Assembly (NCBI GenBank): GCA_964016885.1
Contig: OZ024753.1
Location: 33,666,001-33,730,000 of the forward strand
Length of the DNA: 64,000 bases
Direction: 5' to 3'
Source: Eledone cirrhosa
Lineage: Eukaryota
Every line of letters starts with the position of its first letter. Position 1 is the first letter of the stretch. The notes below the pieces were generated by a model that was not told where the DNA came from, made no database searches, and saw only the letters and a list, made by a program, of their open reading frames with translations. Positions 58,101 through 64,000 of this stretch are shown here, one piece after another. Position numbers and translations under genes: made by a program.

Positions 58101-59003
58101 ACATTCTATAGAGGGCTGGTACGCAGCAGGTGCGACGACGCCCTCGGAGAAGCCCTAGACATGGAGGAGGACGAACTGGCCAGCCTGTTCGGTAGGACAT
58201 TCAGCCCGGGACCTATGGACAACTTCCAGAAGTCCTTGGCCTGGCAGTGCTACCGAGGGGCTTTACCCGTTCGAGAAAGGCTCTACAGACACGGGCGCCC
58301 GGGTAGGGACCCCGCCAAAAAGATCTGTCCCAGATGCGTGTGCGACGAGGAAACCGTTGCACACGCATTAGTACACTGCTCGGGCGTAGCCGATCTGTGG
58401 GGCTATGTCGAACAACTGCTGTCAAGGGTGGGACCGATCCGGTTGACCACCGAGTCGATTGTAATGATCAAGCCGCCTCCCCCCTTCAAAGATGAAGCAG
58501 AGGCGGTGTTTCTGTGCGTAATAGCCATGGCGAAAGAGGTTGTATGGTGGACGCGTCTGAAAGGACTGAGGTCGGGCACCTTTCTCTCTGGCCAACAACT
58601 GGTCCGTTTCTTCCGATATCATTTCGGAAGAAGGATCAGGATGGAGAGAGAGGTGCTGCACCCCAGCCGTTTCTATGAAAGATGGGTGAAAGTGGCGAGA
58701 ATGGCCCGTGTGAATGGGCCTTCACTCTACATCAGACTATAGGTGAGGAAGATAAAAGACCAAGGGAGCACCCCTTCTCTGTGCACCTGAGGAGAAGGGT
58801 TGCACACTTTTTTCGGGGGTGTGTGCGACCCCCCAAGGCGCCTCCTCTCTATTGAGGATTTTGTTAAAAATTTTATTTTTTGTTATATCTTATTTTATTT
58901 TTATATTTTGTTATTGCCTTCTCCTTATTGAGGACGCCTTTTTGTGTAAACTCCCCCCTTTGTACTTGTCCCACTTTTGATGCCCTAGTGGCAAATAAAA
59001 GAA
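55078..59003 (+). mobile_element. L1/Tx1-clade LINE, 5'-truncated (possible ORF1 tail, intact ORF2, 3' UTR)
   Basis: GC-rich island. A-run, then a Pro/Thr-rich frame ending TAA at 55280, then ORF2, a T-rich 3' UTR, AATAAA at 58994-58999 and (TATC)n(TATG)n. Confidence 0.9.
55305..58742 (+). CDS. LINE ORF2: AP endonuclease, reverse transcriptase and C-terminal CCHC zinc knuckle (1145 aa)
   Basis: LNARGL, GDWN, SYLDRF, SDHK, PGYWKLN, KSPGLDGLPYE, NFRPITLLN, LDQSKAFDRV, RQGCPLS, YADD and CPRC..EETVAHALVHC. ATG at 55305, no stops. Confidence 0.95.
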   Translation: MAMLRVGCLNARGLGSTWKQAMLLNDLRSQRIDVMVICEARISNVRQLAPTFDDFEMHASLCQPGGGGGVVVLLQKHLGLATQMVHLDPEGRLVVLDLGSGKGGAFRLVAAYGPFGSMRPDFFHRLETFLGTSRSLLLVGDWNGILDARWDYVGACPDREGCNSLKGLIGRFDLADRYRLDFPTAPTWTWANRSGSSRSYLDRFLVRIKDKDFLSCPKMRIVGYSDHKLVTCMVNLDRTHRQGPGYWKLNLSLPASRAYRNRISTLVKERLTGAIVNSRWWVSLKREIRVVSIEFSKVLAADRNRKERELIDRVEEAIRSGDVARVLASRTALSQFFDAKHEGCVVRSKIRALGNEGTKAVSWARVTEANSGTKSTIRSLQVLDGRAILEPKQMCEAFQRHFARLFGRGGEPVGNVDFGPYLDGLPRLSDREAKSCEEPISAAEIEDVLSQCGKRKSPGLDGLPYELYLAMPDLFPDLLEAVYCNWQQNGRIPCTVTKGVVTLVRKDENKGDEISNFRPITLLNTELQILAKVLAKRLALVVGNLVGDAQTCAIPSRSIHDNLHLMRYIIERVGNEPGFGGALINLDQSKAFDRVDHGYLDAVLAAAGFGPVFRGWITAMHSSRICSRVKVNGYLSEPFKIARSIRQGCPLSSLLYVLTLEPLLRKLELLQGIPLEPGLRKAVSAYADDVTVMVSTASEIEAVGTLLEEYEKFTGAKLNRDKSIGLQLGTWRGRPMPSDSVVGRWTEGPVKLLGVWFGPDLQVEKNWAEVTNRVFALTQKWASCKLSLKGRAEVANTYIASVIYYRLTVVPCPRETLTKMERALFQFLWKRRAPMVRRSICCQHPSKGGLGMPWLMMRKHALRLRHLYVFLTGQPVWASFVRRTFPKLVSLTELQSWVKQRPRKLGAWHTECAQALTALWQADPVISGDSTATFYRGLVRSRCDDALGEALDMEEDELASLFGRTFSPGPMDNFQKSLAWQCYRGALPVRERLYRHGRPGRDPAKKICPRCVCDEETVAHALVHCSGVADLWGYVEQLLSRVGPIRLTTESIVMIKPPPPFKDEAEAVFLCVIAMAKEVVWWTRLKGLRSGTFLSGQQLVRFFRYHFGRRIRMEREVLHPSRFYERWVKVARMARVNGPSLYIRL

Positions 59004-59006
59004 ATA

Positions 59007-59057
<51 letters not shown>

Positions 59058-59200
59058 GTATGTATGTATGTATGTATGTATGTATGTATGTATGTATGTA
59101 TGTATGTATGTATGTATGTATGTATGTATGTATGTATGTATGTATGTATGTATGTATGTATGTATGTATGTATGTATGTATGTATGTATGTATGTATGTA
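59004..59200. repeat. (TATC)n(TATG)n microsatellite
   Basis: Seen directly. Confidence 0.97.
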
Positions 59201-59387
59201 GTTAATGAATGGAATAAAACAAAACACAGGAAGGAAAATTAACCGCCCCTCCCCATATATATATATATATGTATGGGGGGAGTAATTTTATATATATATA
59301 TATATATATAATAGGGAAAACGAAGAATCAGTGATGCATCGGAACACAATTTATTACGTATTACAAATGTTATTACGTAATAAATTG

Positions 59388-59586
59388 GTGGATTAGCAAC
59401 AGGGCGGTGGGTTGGCAGTATCGGTAGAGGGTCGGACGCCATGCTTTCCAGCATAGTTACGTCCCTTTACGATCTGATTTCAAATCCCGCCGAGGTTGAC
59501 TTTGCCTTTCATCCTTACGGGGTCAATAAAATAAAGTACCAGTAATGCACTGGGTAATTGCTGGCCTTGTGCCTAAAGTAGAAACA
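59388..59586 (+). mobile_element. SINE with 19-bp TSD, inserted into a hairpin element
   Basis: TSD gttattacgtaataaattg at 59369-59387 and 59587-59605. Confidence 0.9.
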
Positions 59587-59711
59587 GTTATTACGTAATA
59601 AATTGTGTTCCAATGCATCACTGATTCTTTGTTTTCCATATCATACTCTGCTCCGAAGGAGCATAGAGTGCTCAACCGGCATACCGCCTATGGACGCATC
59701 CAAGCAACCTT

Positions 59712-59753
<42 letters not shown>

Positions 59754-59859
59754 CACACACAAATATACATATATTCATAAATATACACACGGATACCTAA
59801 ATATACAGATACACACATATACATAAATATACACATACACACATATATATTTATATATA

Positions 59860-60245
59860 ACTTTCATAACGTTTATAGATTTCAGTCAGTATTGGACCAG
59901 CCCTTGCCTAACTTAATATAGGCACCTGGAGATGTTTTTTCAGATTATAATCCAGACCTCAGTGATGTTTTGGACACCCTGGCTCAATCCAGCAAAGAAT
60001 TATTGTTTCCAGAGACATAATCGGGTGTAGGGGGTTTATCCAGAATTCTCTGGGGGAATTTCCTCAGGGATTGTTTGAATTTTGTAGAATCTATTTCTGT
60101 ATTAAAGAGAACAGGACCAGATGAAGTGAAATACTTTTGTCGTAATGTTGGGTACTATAGAGGGAATATTTTCAACACCATACAGAAAATCTAGCACTCA
60201 CGGCAATGTTGCCCAGAGTAGAGTTTGAGGTTTTCTAGTCGAATC
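59860..60245 (-). mobile_element. Old, internally deleted 3' fragment of the CR1/L2 family at 42246-43768
   Basis: The reverse complement matches RLENLKLYS.., YFTSxGPxLFN.., DKPPTPxYVS and the 3' UTR attaagttag.ca.gg..tgg.ccaatactg. Confidence 0.8.
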
Positions 60246-60440
60246 CGGGTAGACCTGTGAGGTTCTAGACACCATGTCTGCATAGTTTCTCGCGTATTGA
60301 ATAGTGGCATATTTTGGGATTTCGTAAGGGGCAGGTGATACTGCATAGATTTCTATTCGTGCATGTTTAAGGAGTTTTAAGGCATAAATACATAGAAACA
60401 TAACACACACTCGCTCACTCTTTCTCTATGTGTATATATA

Positions 60441-60645
60441 TAGGAGAAAGTATGACCCCGACGGCAGAGCTCAAGCCGTTTCGACGGCTACTTCTGGACT
60501 AAAGTCACTTTAGTCCAGAAATAGCCGTCGAAACGGCTTGAGCTTTGCCGTAGGGGGTCATACTTTCTCCTATTACCGACTCTACTACCCTAAGTATTGA
60601 GTTCTCTGGTGCGTTATGGTCCATCTGGTTCCTTACCATAACTCC
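60441..60645 (-). mobile_element. Hairpin-ended non-autonomous element (132-bp palindrome plus unique arm); related copy at 61981-62140 (+)
   Basis: 60441-60572 is a near-perfect palindrome centred on 60506. 60573-60640 reverse-complements to tggaccataacgcaccaga..actc.atacttag.gtagtagagt.ggtaatagga, as at 61995-62050. Confidence 0.75.
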
Positions 60646-60964
60646 CTTGTATATATATATATATATATACAACGGAGTTGTGGTATGTTTCCGTGTGTGT
60701 GTGTGTATATGTATATATATATATATATACACACACACACGGAAACATATACATATATATAGACAGACATATATACATAATTTTAATATTCTGATATTTT
60801 TTTAAAAAATAGAAATAAGTCTATATAATCCCTAGCAAGATTAATATATATATATATATATATACGCATATATAAATGTACATATATGTGAGTGTGTGTG
60901 TGGATGAAGTTTGAAATGAATCGTGAAATAAATGACAGATCACTTTAATATTTCATTGTTTTCC

Positions 60965-60969
60965 TTTAT

Positions 60970-61051
<82 letters not shown>

Positions 61052-61095
61052 ATCTACATATATGTATATAATCTACATATATGTATATAATCTAC

Positions 61096-61140
<45 letters not shown>

Positions 61141-61298
61141 ATATACATATATATATATAATATACATATATATATATAATATACATATATATATATAATA
61201 TACATATATATAATATAATATACATATATAATATACATATATATATAATATACATATATATATATAATATACATATATAATATACATATATATATATA
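60965..61298. repeat. (TA)n and (TATAATATACATA)n satellite
   Basis: Seen directly. Confidence 0.9.
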
Positions 61299-61910
61299 TT
61301 CTATTGTCAAATTTTATCTTTCCAGTGCGGCGCCTTTCTGTTGGCCTCAACTAAGGCGTAACAATGTAGATAATAATTACTTGCAGGCAGTTAGATACAG
61401 GAATAATGAAAGAATCCTATCTTCTCCGTCTTAAATGTGTTTCTGTGAGTGATCTCGTGTTTTTTCTTCTTTTTGTCAGACTTGTTTTACCTTTCTTACT
61501 TACACAAATAACACCGACAGCAAGATGGATAATTTGATAGAGATCTTTGAATGTTTGCAGGGAAGAGTGAGAGTCAGACTAAGGTGAATGAATATAAATT
61601 AATGCTGTTTTTTGTTGAATATTTTAATATTGCTAAGTCAAGTTCTAAATTCGACATCGGTTTTACTACGTTGTGAAATTATAACGACACAATAATCTAA
61701 GAGAGACGTATTTGAAATAAATACTTAAAGAAATACATCTGTAACATAAGAAGTATATCTGCATCATAAGAGAAAGATAAAGAACAGTGACTGATATTTT
61801 ATATATAGAACTGTTATGCTGAATGTTCTACTCACAAGTATCTGCTATGTGTCGACAAACATTTTACATTATTTCTATACATCTTCAGTCTTCAGCTCCA
61901 TGTAGTCATT

Positions 61911-61968
<58 letters not shown>

Positions 61969-62926
61969 CGAATGAAGCGTTATAACGAATCAGGTGGACC
62001 ATAACGCACCAGAATACTCGATACTTAGAGTAGTAGAGTGGGTAATAGGAAAAGGGTCAACCGGCCGGGTCTGAACTCAGACCAAGCTGTCGAAAGGACC
62101 GCAGCTCAGCCGTCGGGGTGGGGTCCTGACTCTTTTCATATATATATATATATATATATAATGCAAATAAAACCCTGTATTGCCATAAAACGTAAACAAA
62201 ACACACTCAGAATATCAAAGCCAATATAATTGATCCCAAGCAAGATGACATCAGAAAATAAAACCCAGCCTCGAATGCAAACCACATAAACTAAGCACCT
62301 TAACTCCTGCTCAGACACACCATCCACATTACCGTTAAACTAACCACCGACTACATCTCTGTATTCCGTAAAATGATCACAGACCCACACCAGCCACGGG
62401 TGTCGGAGCGACAGAAGATATCAAGCTGCGGCTATCATATTACGTAGTTTCTGTAAAATAAAAACTAATATCTGCAGCGACTATGGCCCTATTACGTAAT
62501 TGGGGGGGTTGACGTGCCACCGTGTACCACGGCGTTTGCATCAGAAAAGCCATAGACCATAAAACACACATAAGAGAATAATTATTTTGAAAATAAATGA
62601 AAATTACTCAAACAGATAAATACGAGAGAGAGAGTGAGTGAGTGAGTGAGTGAGTGAGTGAGTGAGTGAGTGAGTGAGTGTGTGTGTGTGTGTGTGTTTG
62701 ATATCTATGCACATATAAACATACTTATATATCCATTTACTTTTATATATCTGCTTATATATACACACCCGCATACCTACATCCACAGAATTATGCATTC
62801 ACTCATACTGTGTAGAGAAATAGATTAAAATATGTGTACTTTATATATTATATATATACATACATACGCATGCACGCACACACACACAGACAGACAGACA
62901 CACGCACACACACACACACACATCAT

Positions 62927-62973
<47 letters not shown>

Positions 62974-63107
62974 CCAAAAGTTAAACAAGGTTCATTGATT
63001 AATCAATGAATATAGTTTTACAATAGATTAGAAGCACTCAACAGTAGTTGACTGCCAAGGCTGGAATTGAACCATCAGCACAGTTGACGTATGTCATACA
63101 TCAATTT

Positions 63108-63179
63108 ATATATTTTATCTGATGAGGACGTACTGAAAAAACAGCACAGTACCTCCGAAATATATATTATAAAATATAT
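63108..63179 (+). ncRNA. Minimal hammerhead ribozyme (best-preserved copy)
   Basis: atatattttat CTGATGA gga c gtactg aaaaaacagca cagtac c tcc GAAA tatata TT ataaaatatat; perfect 11-bp stem I. A KPKLNK-like GIY-YIG end remnant lies upstream near 62972. Confidence 0.85.
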
Positions 63180-63697
63180 TTTGATTACGTTGAATGTCTA
63201 TATTTATTAATATTTTGAATTAATATTAGAGAGAGGGAGAGGGGGGGGGAGAAAGAGAGAGAGAGAGAGAGAGAGATACGCACGCACACAAGCATATATA
63301 TCTACCTGTGTTCTTGTTCAGAAGTATATACACAATTTATGCTATTTTCATACTTAATACGACTTCAATCTGACTTAATCTTTGTCTCTAGGCTTGTATT
63401 ATTAGATTTAAAAACTAATTACCACCAGATTATATAGTGGTATTACAACTACATAACTGTAAAGAAAATCAAACATCTTTAAGAGTGTTGTGCTACCGTA
63501 GTACCACTTAAAGGAAAGGAAATTGACGAGACCTCCGACTTCATTCGCTTACCGAGTGCAGTGAAACTCGTCCAATCGGACCAAGGAAAGTGTTTCCATT
63601 GGTCTTCCCATTGCTGATACTATCTACCGGTCGCAACTCCTGGTAGAAAAAGCAATGGGGAATAAAGTGTCTCACTTAAAGACAAAACGCATGACCC

Positions 63698-63880
63698 TAT
63701 TTCTACTTTAGGCACAAGGCCAGCAATTACCCAGTGCATTACTGGTACTTTATTTTATCGACTCCGTAAGGATGAAAGGTAAAGTTAACTTCGGTGGGAT
63801 TTGAACTCAGATCATAAACGGACGTAACTATGCTGGAAAGCATGGTGCCCGACCCTCTACCGATACTGCCAAACACCCTA
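63698..63880 (-). mobile_element. tRNA-derived SINE
   Basis: Family head, core and tail. Confidence 0.88.
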
Positions 63881-64000
63881 ACATTAATAATGTGTGACTT
63901 GATACGGTGTTTTTAAACGTCCTTAAATATAAACTTGTATGACCATTCCTTAATATTTGTGTTGCCGGATATCTAATGAAAGACACTGCCTATGTGTTTT

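Noticed and set aside
60505-60545. gtcGAAACggct in the palindrome as a hammerhead
   Set aside because: Upstream reads CCAGAAAT/CCAGAAGT rather than CUGANGA, and there is no UH site with a stem I.

Overview
Eukaryotic, AT-rich, repeat-dominated DNA, most likely from a coleoid cephalopod (Octopus-like). That assignment is inferred from the tRNA-derived SINE, the RTE/CR1/Tx1/Penelope mix and the very long (TA/CA)n tracts. Only one host exon is recognisable: a 472-bp minus-strand exon (14796-15267) encoding part of the extracellular ligand-binding domain of a natriuretic-peptide-receptor / receptor guanylyl cyclase. Much of the window may be its introns. Mobile content: an uninterrupted L1/Tx1-clade ORF2 (55305-58742), a 5'-truncated CR1/L2-type LINE with an open RT frame (42246-43768), RTE fragments, a pogo/Tigger remnant, MITE-like elements, about 20 copies of one SINE, and several Penelope-like element (PLE) pieces including a ~3.4 kb head-to-head inverted PLE. 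Most long ORFs in the track are microsatellite artefacts. The most notable signal is a set of minimal type I hammerhead ribozymes. Four sequence-divergent copies share the catalytic core, a palindromic TATRTA stem III, and a C-C mismatch at the same position of a covarying stem II. One of these families also carries a decayed, codon-conserved unknown ORF just upstream of the ribozyme. All alignments and folds were done by eye.
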